63,799 bases of DNA from a virus. Its lineage: Duplodnaviria; Caudoviricetes. The stretch spans positions 1 to 63,799 of IMG/VR virus record IMGVR_UViG_3300020045_002007; one strand, 5' to 3'. The position numbers and the translations under genes were made by a program. Below the pieces are notes generated by a model. That model did not search any database, was not told the origin of the DNA, and was given only the letters and a program-made list of their open reading frames with translations. The stretch's first letter is position 1. Every line of letters begins with the position of its first letter. Positions 55,480 through 63,799 of this stretch are shown here, piece after piece.

Positions 55480-57048
55480 TTACGAGGCGTACGGATTCAT
55501 TCTCGACGCTTTAGATTTGTACTCTATCTCTTCAATCAAGTCCTCATCAGTCTCGGGCATCTCCAACTGTCCTCCATCACGCAAGTACGTCAAGGCTTGA
55601 GTGTAGGTATCCACGTAGTCATCGTGTTCAGCATTAGGGAACATCTCTACTTGTGTCACGAAGGCTCTAGCCCAAGTCACGAACTTGCCTGCGTCCTTAT
55701 TTGATTCAAGGATGTAGATGTTGTCTAGCTCATGCACCGCTGATACGGCATGGGCTCTAGCTATCTTGGACATCCGACCTGGATTGTATGGGATGGCGGG
55801 TATCTTGGCGCGTCTCAAGTCTTGAAGGATGCTGATACCGGACGACTTGTTCTCCACCAGGATAGCGTCAGCCTTCTTGCCCTTTCGGTCATCACGCTTG
55901 CCGTAGATTGAATGCCAGTCAGCTAAGACCTTCTTACGGAAGTCAGGATAGCCCAGGTGCTCGTCCCAAGCGTCAAGGAGGATAGCTCCACGTATGCCTC
56001 GCTCCTCGAAGATACCCCACACGGTGCAGGCTGACGGGTCATTGCTAGACGTTGCGTCATCATCGTAGGCACCGTCGTAGCTCTGCAGGATGTACTCGAA
56101 CACTGGAAGCTTCCACGTGACTGGCCAGAGTTGAAAGTGCTTGATCTTCAAAATACCACCGCCAGCAGGAGCCGGTCTCTGTTGCATCTGCCCAGCATAA
56201 GCTTGCTCACCCAGCGCCTTCTTGTAGGTAGAGACCGTGTTCGGCCCAAAGCGTTCAGGGAACATCAGCTCCCCTTCAACCTTACGAGGGTCTTCAAAGC
56301 CGATAGACGTACGACAGGCTCGAGCCTTCTCGTATTCCATCGGTAGCATCAGGTGCTCGTACCCCAGCATCTCCTTCAGGATGATACCACTTGGATCCTT
56401 CTCGTGTAGCCGTTGCATGATAACCACGATAGCTGATTCATCGTTGTTCACCCGAGTGGGTAGCGCTTCACGGAAGGTAGATTCACACGCGGCAAGTGCG
56501 GCATCGCTGTTGGCATCGTCTACACTCAGTGGGTCGTCTAGAGTGACGCGGTCTCCTCGTGAGCCTGTCATTGAAGTGAAGGCCATCGCTTCGCGGAAGC
56601 CTGTCTTGTCATTTTCGAACTTGGTCTTAGCGTTCTGGTCCCCCATTAGGAGGATCGGCCAACGTTCTTGATACCAGTCTGATTGAATGAGGCGGCGACA
56701 CTTGATGTTATCTCGCACAGCCAGGTCTTGTTTGTGAGCCGTACTGAGGAAGCGCATGTGCGGCATGTTCAATGGACCCCACTCCCATGCGGGCCAGAAG
56801 ACGTTGGTGAGTAGGGACTTCATTGAACCGGGCGGGACGTTCATCAGTAGCCTGAAGATGTCCTTGTCGCTCACAGCCTGAAGGTGGAGGCAGATAGCGT
56901 CTAGTGCCCAACCCCACTTGAGTTCAGTGGAAGGCTCTATCACCTGCCAGGCTTGCTTTACGAACTCACTTAGTGAGGCTTCGGCCAAGCGTACCTCTCG
57001 CTCACGGCGCACCGCGTCTAGCAGGATGATAGGGCTTACTTCACTCAC
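55480..57048 (-). CDS. terL: terminase large subunit
   Basis: NVPPGSMKS, TGSRGD...LDDP, IMQRLHEKD, QSYD, ENKSSG, FPNAEHDDYVD. Confidence 0.92.
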   Translation of the reverse strand: MSEVSPIILLDAVRREREVRLAEASLSEFVKQAWQVIEPSTELKWGWALDAICLHLQAVSDKDIFRLLMNVPPGSMKSLLTNVFWPAWEWGPLNMPHMRFLSTAHKQDLAVRDNIKCRRLIQSDWYQERWPILLMGDQNAKTKFENDKTGFREAMAFTSMTGSRGDRVTLDDPLSVDDANSDAALAACESTFREALPTRVNNDESAIVVIMQRLHEKDPSGIILKEMLGYEHLMLPMEYEKARACRTSIGFEDPRKVEGELMFPERFGPNTVSTYKKALGEQAYAGQMQQRPAPAGGGILKIKHFQLWPVTWKLPVFEYILQSYDGAYDDDATSSNDPSACTVWGIFEERGIRGAILLDAWDEHLGYPDFRKKVLADWHSIYGKRDDRKGKKADAILVENKSSGISILQDLRRAKIPAIPYNPGRMSKIARAHAVSAVHELDNIYILESNKDAGKFVTWARAFVTQVEMFPNAEHDDYVDTYTQALTYLRDGGQLEMPETDEDLIEEIEYKSKASRMNPYAS

Positions 57049-57286
57049 GATTCACCAAAGCATTCTCCAGCTTTCGCTGAGCGCAGCATAGTAGGTAATG
57101 AGCAACGGTTCCATCCGCTTCGGCTCCTATTCCAAACACTTCTAGTGACGCAGCGTTGAGAACAATGATACATTCCTTTGCTTCACCGAACTGACCTTCT
57201 TCAATCGCGTCTGCAATGTCACGCAGCTTCTGTGGGAGGTCAGCAAGCGAATTAACGGGGAAGTCGATAACCTTCAAGTGAGACAT
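57041..57286 (-). CDS. hypothetical protein
   Basis: D.P.KLR.IADAIE.G.FG; between terminase genes. Confidence 0.7.
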   Translation of the reverse strand: MSHLKVIDFPVNSLADLPQKLRDIADAIEEGQFGEAKECIIVLNAASLEVFGIGAEADGTVAHYLLCCAQRKLENALVNRE

Positions 57287-58215
57287 CACTCATCCCCCAT
57301 CTTCTTCAACAATGATTCAAGAGTCTTCAGTTCCTTCTCGGTTAGACCCTTTAGCGACTTAGCATCGATCTTAGGAGCCGTGATGTCCTTCGTCTCCAGC
57401 TCTTGTTTCACTGGGACCTTACGGTGCACATAATCCATCAACGTCTTCGCCGCCGTGATGCGGTCTCCAGTCTTCACGTTCTCGCTACGGTAGATCCGCG
57501 CCAGGAACTCCAACGGCATCTCACCGGAGGCTTGAAGCCAGCGCACGGTCGCTGCCTGGGTATCATCTAAGCCTTCGGCTTGACTCGGCAGGTCACCCGC
57601 TTCAATGTCCAGACCCATCGCTTGATTCAACATGCGACGTTCCTTCTGTATCTCAGGCGCCAGCTTACAAACCGTGTCGATCATCTGCTGAGTCTCGTAC
57701 TCGAAGATCCATTCCTCTATCCAATGGAAGTGTTCAATGTCGTCTTCAAAGCGCAGGGTAGGACGATGTCCCCAGACCTGCTGAACCTTCTTGTACAATC
57801 TGGTCGTACTCTTGATCTGTTCCGCCTTGGGCTGAGTCGCCAGGGCTTCGTCTATCCTCTTGCGTAAGTGTAGCGGACAGGCTTCATACCATGACCAGGC
57901 GTTCCACTCTTCAATAGGTGCATAGAAGCTGATAGGCATCACAACCCGACGATTAGAAAACTCCGGATCGATACGGTGAGGGAACATGGTGCTCCAGAAG
58001 GCGGCTCCTTGCTCGTCTCCGGTAAGCGAGTCCCACCACTCCCGAGTGTATTGACCGTCATCCGTCGGAGTAACCGAGGTGGGTGAGAACGCCGGAACGC
58101 GGTATTGCGCAATCTTCACCCGGACGTCCAACGGCAGGTAGTCATACTTCGGACACGACGGTGACGGGAAGGTCGACAGGCAACTCCGATTGCGATAATT
58201 CAACTCTCTACTCAT
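57286..58215 (-). CDS. terminase small subunit with long N-terminal extension
   Basis: C-terminal PLEFL..IYR......DRITAAKTLMDYVH.K; SD AGGAGA; upstream of TerL. Confidence 0.6.
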   Translation of the reverse strand: MSRELNYRNRSCLSTFPSPSCPKYDYLPLDVRVKIAQYRVPAFSPTSVTPTDDGQYTREWWDSLTGDEQGAAFWSTMFPHRIDPEFSNRRVVMPISFYAPIEEWNAWSWYEACPLHLRKRIDEALATQPKAEQIKSTTRLYKKVQQVWGHRPTLRFEDDIEHFHWIEEWIFEYETQQMIDTVCKLAPEIQKERRMLNQAMGLDIEAGDLPSQAEGLDDTQAATVRWLQASGEMPLEFLARIYRSENVKTGDRITAAKTLMDYVHRKVPVKQELETKDITAPKIDAKSLKGLTEKELKTLESLLKKMGDE

Positions 58216-58301
58216 TCAGTATCTCCTAAGCGCATGTTACGCTGATTGCACTATTATACCTTGAAACTCATTCGACCCAGTGAAAATCGCTGGTTTTACC
58301 A

Positions 58302-58641
58302 GCCCCCATATGCCCCTAACTGAAAGTATTTAGGGGTAAATAAATCGAGGGGGGTGGATAAGTGAGGGTGGTAAGTGAGGGGTGCAAACGCCATTTTTAC
58401 CACCCTCAGCTCTCCCCCCACTTGCCCCTAACTTCTTCTATATATTGCCCCTATTTACTGAGGGGGGTGAGGGGGGTGAAATTAGAAGAAGAGTAGTCGA
58501 TAAAAAACGAAAAAGTCGCCTAATAGAACCACCCCCCTCACCACCCTCACCACCCTCACCTCCCAATCCCTGTAAGAGATAGAGCTGCAGAAACCCCTAC
58601 CACAGCCCCCATTCGAAAACCACCCCCCTCAACCACCCTCA
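58302..58641. repeat. array of (T/C)GAGGG(G)nTG repeats in both orientations; putative replication origin
   Basis: About 11 copies in the non-coding gap right after primase, interleaved with A/T tracts. Confidence 0.65.
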
Positions 58642-58648
58642 GTTTTAC

Positions 58649-61114
58649 CTATTTCGACTCAATTTCTTCAATCCGGTATGCCGATTGCTTATCCCTAATA
58701 AAAGATGTCAGGCGATAAACTGACCCCTTTTCGTCGGTAAAGGGGAAGTCTTTCACCGTATTTAAAGCTGACCCGACCTTTACATTCAGATCGTGCTTAG
58801 GTCTTCGGCTCAAAGTATTCACCCAGGCTTCTTGTTCCGACTCGGGACCGATGTTATTCACTAGGTCTTTCGTCCGGAAGAACACCGTACTCTTACTCTT
58901 CTCGTTCCGCATCCCGCTGTTCCAAAGCCCTAAAACAAACTCCAGGAACATGTGACGAGCTTCTTCGGCCGAGTCTATCGTCCGGTCTTCGTCGTCCATC
59001 GCCGGAGGCGCGATGTCTAGGTGACAAATCAACATCACGGTACGACGCACCATGTAGTCCCACATTTTGAATCGGTGATTCGGTTTCCAATTCCCATCGC
59101 CTTGCTCCATCGCCCATTTGATCATACCGATGGCGGCAGAGACCATCTTAGAGCGGTTTTGCAGGGTGTGTCCTACCACGTCCATGTAACGGAACTTGCG
59201 GTTAGGGTCGAGGTTGGTTCTCGCCAGTCTAATAAACACCGAGCGCGTTTGTAGGTCCAGCGACGGAGCGGTGTTTACGCCGTTGAGCAGGAAGAGCGTA
59301 TTATTAGGCACGCTCCGAGTCTCGTTAGTACCCAGGACCCGGAACTCAGGGTTAGTAGAAGTCAGGGCTTCCGTCAAGGCCGCACTGCGGAACTCACCGT
59401 CGTGATTGTCCAACGTCACCACGCGCCGACCTCGGGACAAGATGGCCGAGAGTTGCTTCTCTTGCTCCTCGTCGTTACCGCCTCTAGACAGCTGACCCAG
59501 GGACTGCTCGACGCCAGCCGCCGCTGCGATAACTCCGCTCAAGACGCTCTTACCGTCGCTGTACTGAGACGACGTAATGACGTACATGGGGCAAATGTCT
59601 AGCACGGGACGGATAACCGCCGTGAGGATAGCGGACAGAGACGCCGCATAGTACCGCCCGGCCCCACCTCCGATGAACGGGAAGTCGGCCAAGACGTCCT
59701 TGATAATTGGTATCGCTTCGTCGGGGAACATCGGTTGTACGGCAAACTCACACGCCGAAAACAACTTCAACTCTTCGTCGTAGCCCCAAGCCTGGTCAAG
59801 GATACGACCTGAAGAGGTAATCAGGGGAGTGTTGCTCACGCCGCGCAACTCCGGCAGCATACCTTTGTACGTCGCGGGATCGGATATCTCCATCGCCAGG
59901 GACGTCGGACACTTGATGTCTTGGTCATTCAAGATGCCGGTCGCCTTGTCCATCACCGACTGAGAGAAGCGTATCTCTCGGGTTAGCCAAGACGCTGCCG
60001 TGACACCTTTGGATAGCGCCGTAATCTGCGCCTTGACCCCGACCTTATTCACCACACAGGCTTGTCCGGCCATCTGGTAGAACTTCTCACTTTGGACCAT
60101 CGCCGCCAGCGTGTGGTCAATCCACAACGGTTCTTTAGAGGTAATGATCTTTACGGCGGGGCGAGCGTCGTCGATCTCTTTACTACCGAACTTGAACGTC
60201 TTACTCAGCCACTTGCAAAGCGCCTTGGGCCAGCGGTCACTATTATACAGGTAGCCGATGCCGGCAATGTTATCCCCTTCCGCATACCGAGCGCGAGACG
60301 TCTTGAGCGATGCCAACCGATCTTCGATTCCCGTCTGCCCGGACTGCTCGGCAATGTAACGCACGGACTTCTCAATCAGCTCATCGGGTATCCCCGCCGC
60401 GATCATAAACCCGCACCAATACATCATATCTTCGTGAAACTTACCGGACTTGAAGTGTGCCATGGAATGAAAGGACGCTTTGGCTACTCGAATACACTGA
60501 TTCAAATAGTCGCGGGTAGTCTCGGGGATCGGGCCTTTGGGAACCTGAGTGGAGTTACCTTCCCAGCGTACGCTATCGACTATGTAACCGAGCTTGTGGT
60601 CTACGATCGTACTCGTCGGAGCCATCGTCTGACCGCCGTTAGTACGGAGTTCAATAGCTCCCCCACCGATGGGACGCTCTACCGTTATATTGCGGCCGGG
60701 ATCACTAACTTTATAGAGCCAATGTGCTAGCTGCTGTTTACCGTCGCCGTAATAGCGACCGAACTTGAATGGGGTGTGGGGTAGGAAGAGCGGGAGGACG
60801 TCGATCAATTCACGGTCATCAACATCTACGTCGCATATGTTATTGCCGGTCTCGCCGGTGATGATGCCGATGTTATGATAGCCCGTGAAGTCGGTGGCGT
60901 GAGGGACTGGACGCTTTTGCCATTCGTCGCCGACCGGAGCTTTCAGTCCTGGGTGAAGCATGACCGGCCTGAAACCGGCTTCAATCAGTTGGTGGTAGGT
61001 GGCGCGTATAAGTTCTTGATGCTTGAGTTGCTCGTATCCTTCTTCCCTGAGCCTTGATTGCGCTTGAGTAGAAGTCAAGGCTTTGGGCTTCATCTTCACT
61101 ACGTTAGTATTCAT
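58649..61114 (-). CDS. primase-polymerase (Prim-Pol N-terminus) fused to P-loop helicase-like domain
   Basis: KAP..W, NIGIITG...DVDVD, HWLY, IELR..G.QT.AP.S; SDGKS, LDN; start reassigned to 61114. Confidence 0.85.
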   Translation of the reverse strand: MNTNVVKMKPKALTSTQAQSRLREEGYEQLKHQELIRATYHQLIEAGFRPVMLHPGLKAPVGDEWQKRPVPHATDFTGYHNIGIITGETGNNICDVDVDDRELIDVLPLFLPHTPFKFGRYYGDGKQQLAHWLYKVSDPGRNITVERPIGGGAIELRTNGGQTMAPTSTIVDHKLGYIVDSVRWEGNSTQVPKGPIPETTRDYLNQCIRVAKASFHSMAHFKSGKFHEDMMYWCGFMIAAGIPDELIEKSVRYIAEQSGQTGIEDRLASLKTSRARYAEGDNIAGIGYLYNSDRWPKALCKWLSKTFKFGSKEIDDARPAVKIITSKEPLWIDHTLAAMVQSEKFYQMAGQACVVNKVGVKAQITALSKGVTAASWLTREIRFSQSVMDKATGILNDQDIKCPTSLAMEISDPATYKGMLPELRGVSNTPLITSSGRILDQAWGYDEELKLFSACEFAVQPMFPDEAIPIIKDVLADFPFIGGGAGRYYAASLSAILTAVIRPVLDICPMYVITSSQYSDGKSVLSGVIAAAAGVEQSLGQLSRGGNDEEQEKQLSAILSRGRRVVTLDNHDGEFRSAALTEALTSTNPEFRVLGTNETRSVPNNTLFLLNGVNTAPSLDLQTRSVFIRLARTNLDPNRKFRYMDVVGHTLQNRSKMVSAAIGMIKWAMEQGDGNWKPNHRFKMWDYMVRRTVMLICHLDIAPPAMDDEDRTIDSAEEARHMFLEFVLGLWNSGMRNEKSKSTVFFRTKDLVNNIGPESEQEAWVNTLSRRPKHDLNVKVGSALNTVKDFPFTDEKGSVYRLTSFIRDKQSAYRIEEIESK

Positions 61115-61259
61115 ATTATTATCCGGTGGTCGTGATCCGGTTGGTAGGGTGAGACTCCCAGGGAACATCTCCCCAGGAGTGCTCGGTGCGGGAGCGACCC
61201 GCTGTGGCGACCGGAAGGCACCACCATACAATTATGCGCTTTTTTGATTCAAAAGCCAA
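61115..61259 (-). promoter_or_regulatory. promoter and structured leader of primase
   Basis: TTGGCT-17 bp-CATAAT; three hairpins; loop TCCGGT complementary to two ACCGGA copies near the start. Confidence 0.55.
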
Positions 61260-62777
61260 TTAGTCGAAATGCTCTTTGAGCACGTTGAAGTATTTACCAT
61301 TACGTTTTACTATCAACTTTCTAGGGGATGGAAGTCCGTAACACATGTAGAGAGCGCTATCTGTTGATCTGGGCAAAATAGCTCCTCTGGCTTCGGCCCA
61401 TCTTTCACTTTTAGTCCGAGCCCACCCTGAATATTCAGGCATTACAAAATCACTTACATCTATCGAATATCCTCCTTCCGTAGAGCATGTATAGCTCACT
61501 AGAATAAGTTCTTTACCAGGTTGAGATTTACTACCTATTTTTAAGTAAGACACGTTATCCACCTCAACCTGGACTTCACTCACTCCTCCCAGCATTGGAT
61601 CAAGAGCATCTATCAAGTTAGATCTCTTAATAGCACGAGGTTTCTTTTCTTTAGGTTTTTTGATTTTACCTTTTACTAATACTCCGTTGTCAGTTTCTTG
61701 CATAAAATCAGCTTCAGAACTAATTCCACCGAGCCTCATTAGATTCCCAGCTACATCCAGCACTAGGCAATCGGCTTTACCCGGAAAGTTCCTAACCCCT
61801 CTTCCGAGTTTCTGTATATGCTTACCGAGAGATTCAGTTGGGGAGCAATCAACAATGCAATCTATTGCTGGGTTGTCATACCCCGTAGTTAATAGCTGAC
61901 AGTTCGCCATTAGTCTAAACTCTCCGGCTTCCCATCGTTTTAGACGACCTGCTCGCTCTGTATCACCCCCATGAACATACTCAGCGGTAATACCAATTTC
62001 CGTCGCTAGCTTTGCGGCCAACTGGGCTGTACGTACGGTGGGTGTAAACATTAGGATGGTTTTGCGTGCGCTAGCAAGTTCTTGAACCTTACTCAACACT
62101 TCTTTCAGCCAGGATTCAGTAATACGTTCATCGACTTCTTTAGTGTCAAAGTCGCCGTTGGTTTTATGTATTCCATCTAGGTTTAGCTGCACTGCCGCCG
62201 ATATACCCTTCAGAGGGGTTAGGTAACCTAATTCAATTAATTCCTTTACCGTTATCTCTATAGCTAAGTCGTCAAAATGGCAACCCTCCCCCTGATACAC
62301 TAATCCTTTATCAAGGCGATATGGCGTGGCCGAAACGCCAATCTTACGAGCATTAGGAAAGTGGGCCATAACTGCGTTATACATCTTAGCTTCAGAGCCT
62401 TTATGAGCTACGTTTTGAACCTCATCCACGATCACCACATCCACCTTGGATAGTTGATTTAGGTTACGATAGATAGTTTGAATAGTTCCATAAGTAGCTG
62501 CGCTTCCTACAGTATTATGGTTCAATCCGGCGCTATATATCCCGACACCTTCCAACCCTCTGTAGAGTCTCAAGGAACGCAAATTCTGCACTATCAATTC
62601 CTTGCTGTTGGCAAGCACAAGGGAGTTACCCCCTTTAGTGCGAAATCGGTCTACCAACATGGAAATCAGCAAACTTTTTCCTCCCCCCGTAGCGATTGCC
62701 GCAACTGGATTATATCCTCGTTGTAAAGAGCCTATTACAGCTTCGTAGGCTCTAACCTGATAGTCACGAGGTATCAT
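61260..62777 (-). CDS. SF2 DEAD/H helicase (RadD/YejH-like)
   Basis: PRDYQ, ATGGGKS, DEVQ, SATP, LTTGYD, QKLGRGVR. Confidence 0.9.
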   Translation of the reverse strand: MIPRDYQVRAYEAVIGSLQRGYNPVAAIATGGGKSLLISMLVDRFRTKGGNSLVLANSKELIVQNLRSLRLYRGLEGVGIYSAGLNHNTVGSAATYGTIQTIYRNLNQLSKVDVVIVDEVQNVAHKGSEAKMYNAVMAHFPNARKIGVSATPYRLDKGLVYQGEGCHFDDLAIEITVKELIELGYLTPLKGISAAVQLNLDGIHKTNGDFDTKEVDERITESWLKEVLSKVQELASARKTILMFTPTVRTAQLAAKLATEIGITAEYVHGGDTERAGRLKRWEAGEFRLMANCQLLTTGYDNPAIDCIVDCSPTESLGKHIQKLGRGVRNFPGKADCLVLDVAGNLMRLGGISSEADFMQETDNGVLVKGKIKKPKEKKPRAIKRSNLIDALDPMLGGVSEVQVEVDNVSYLKIGSKSQPGKELILVSYTCSTEGGYSIDVSDFVMPEYSGWARTKSERWAEARGAILPRSTDSALYMCYGLPSPRKLIVKRNGKYFNVLKEHFD

Positions 62778-63484
62778 AATTTTACACCAACACAATCCGT
62801 GGCTTTTTGGTGCTTTACCAAATTACCAGGATTCATCTCCTTACCGCAGGAGCATGTAATCGTTTTGAAGATACCCTTACCCGCTAGGTAATTCTTACTT
62901 ACGTTAGCGCGAGCGCCTAGTTTAGAAGCGGATTTACGAGTTTCTGGATTATGAATACCTGATTTGTTATTACGTTGAGTTTCATTTGTTTGTGCTATTG
63001 TGCCCCCTCTTCCTGGAATAAATCCTTTGGGCTGAACTTCACTCCTGGTCGTTGTTCCGCTTTCTGGATCATACCACCAAGGAAGCTTACCGCCTATCTT
63101 ACCCGCTTCTCCGGCATCCTTGATTATCCGCTCGTTACTTCTACCGAAAATCCCAACCCGTTTCGTTTTAGTTATAAGTCCCATAACCCTGGCCTGTTCG
63201 CTTCCTATGCCGTCTCCCCCAGGAGTAATATTTACTATTCTTTCATTACGAGCGAGGGCTTCCCTTATCAGTAATATCTCTAAGGCTTTAGCTTCTTCGT
63301 TTGTTAGACCGGAGTGCAGGATTTTTACCAAGCATCCATGCTTTTCTTTAACTCGACGATGCCATTCAGATCTAAAGTAATCCAACAAGGTTTTAGCGCG
63401 ATTCCCCGTTCCTTTACCATAATAGAAAGGGCTTCCGTCGTCGGCTCGACAATGAACGTAAACATAAAACCTTTTATCTTCCAT
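62774..63484 (-). CDS. GIY-YIG-family homing endonuclease
   Basis: FYVYVH...PFYYGKG.G.R...EA..LE..LI...VN.T.GG.G; start reassigned to 63484 (SD GGAG). Confidence 0.85.
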   Translation of the reverse strand: MEDKRFYVYVHCRADDGSPFYYGKGTGNRAKTLLDYFRSEWHRRVKEKHGCLVKILHSGLTNEEAKALEILLIREALARNERIVNITPGGDGIGSEQARVMGLITKTKRVGIFGRSNERIIKDAGEAGKIGGKLPWWYDPESGTTTRSEVQPKGFIPGRGGTIAQTNETQRNNKSGIHNPETRKSASKLGARANVSKNYLAGKGIFKTITCSCGKEMNPGNLVKHQKATDCVGVKL

Positions 63485-63616
63485 GCGCGTCTCCAAAAAG
63501 AAGGCTTCACCTGCTCTCTCATCCTTGCGGAAGTTGGAATAACGAGTTGGCACTCGCCAGAGAGCATGTGAAGCCTTGCCAAGTTAATCGGATTCCAAGC
63601 CGATACCCTAATTATA
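63485..63616 (-). promoter_or_regulatory. -10 box plus C4-antisense-like structured leader
   Basis: TATAAT 63611-63616; 19-bp stem (one mismatch) enclosing two hairpins; junction ATTCCAA complementary to upstream TTGGAAT and to SD TTGGAG. Confidence 0.6.
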
Positions 63617-63678
63617 CCTCGAAAACTATCAGTAAAGAAAGCTCAATCGCCAATCCTGACGCAGTTGTATTTGCGGAT

Positions 63679-63799
63679 TCAACCTATCAGGCTTAGGGAT
63701 AGAGCATACCATTAATTATAGCGTAAAAATAAATTGCCATGGGGGCAAAATAATTGTTGCCTTTTTCGATTCAGTGAACTATAATAGGTTCAGTTGCAC
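63679..63799. repeat. 121-bp direct terminal repeat, right copy
   Basis: Identical to positions 1-121. Confidence 0.95.

Noticed and set aside
58340-58641. CRISPR mini-array
   Set aside because: Repeats are 8-12 bp, in both orientations, without regular unique spacers
63679-63799. 121-bp repeat as a physical direct terminal repeat
   Set aside because: The length fits an assembler k-mer overlap of a circular contig; reads are needed to define real termini
1-63799. Temperate lifestyle or alternative genetic code
   Set aside because: No integrase, repressor or partition gene recognised; genes are intact and densely packed under the standard code with all three stop codons used

Overview
The window is an apparently complete, circularly assembled genome (about 63.68 kb plus a 121-bp end overlap) of a lytic dsDNA tailed phage. 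The host is Gram-negative, judged by embedded Rz/Rz1 spanins. No integrase, repressor, RNA polymerase, tRNA or tape-measure gene is recognisable. The plus arm (about 0.1-20.2 kb) holds early genes, a thymidine-hypermodification cluster (PLP enzyme, dCTP deaminase, amino acid:DNA transferase, P-loop kinase, 5-hmdU DNA kinase-type protein, dUMP hydroxymethylase, HD hydrolase, DUF3310), a family-B-like DNA polymerase, recombination genes and a DHH phosphoesterase. The minus arm (20.2-63.6 kb) holds helicase, primase, a repeat-rich putative origin, terminase, portal, lysis cassette, a mosaic fibre/appendage module, GroES, capsid genes and a podovirus-type tail and ejection module. Four free-standing homing endonucleases are present. 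The most interesting signals are: (1) a ViI-type thymidine hypermodification gene set in a podovirus-like chassis; (2) a recurrent aromatic-x-x-G-G motif across several putative internal virion proteins, possibly a maturation or packaging signal; (3) three structured 5' leaders whose unpaired element is complementary to two nearby copies, one overlapping the SD, plus a 330-nt multi-domain structured RNA region with a compact pseudoknot; (4) an RBS-sequestering hairpin overlapped by a promoter, a recurring ATGGGGGC operator-like octamer and two promoter classes. All assignments come from motif recognition by eye; no database searches were run.
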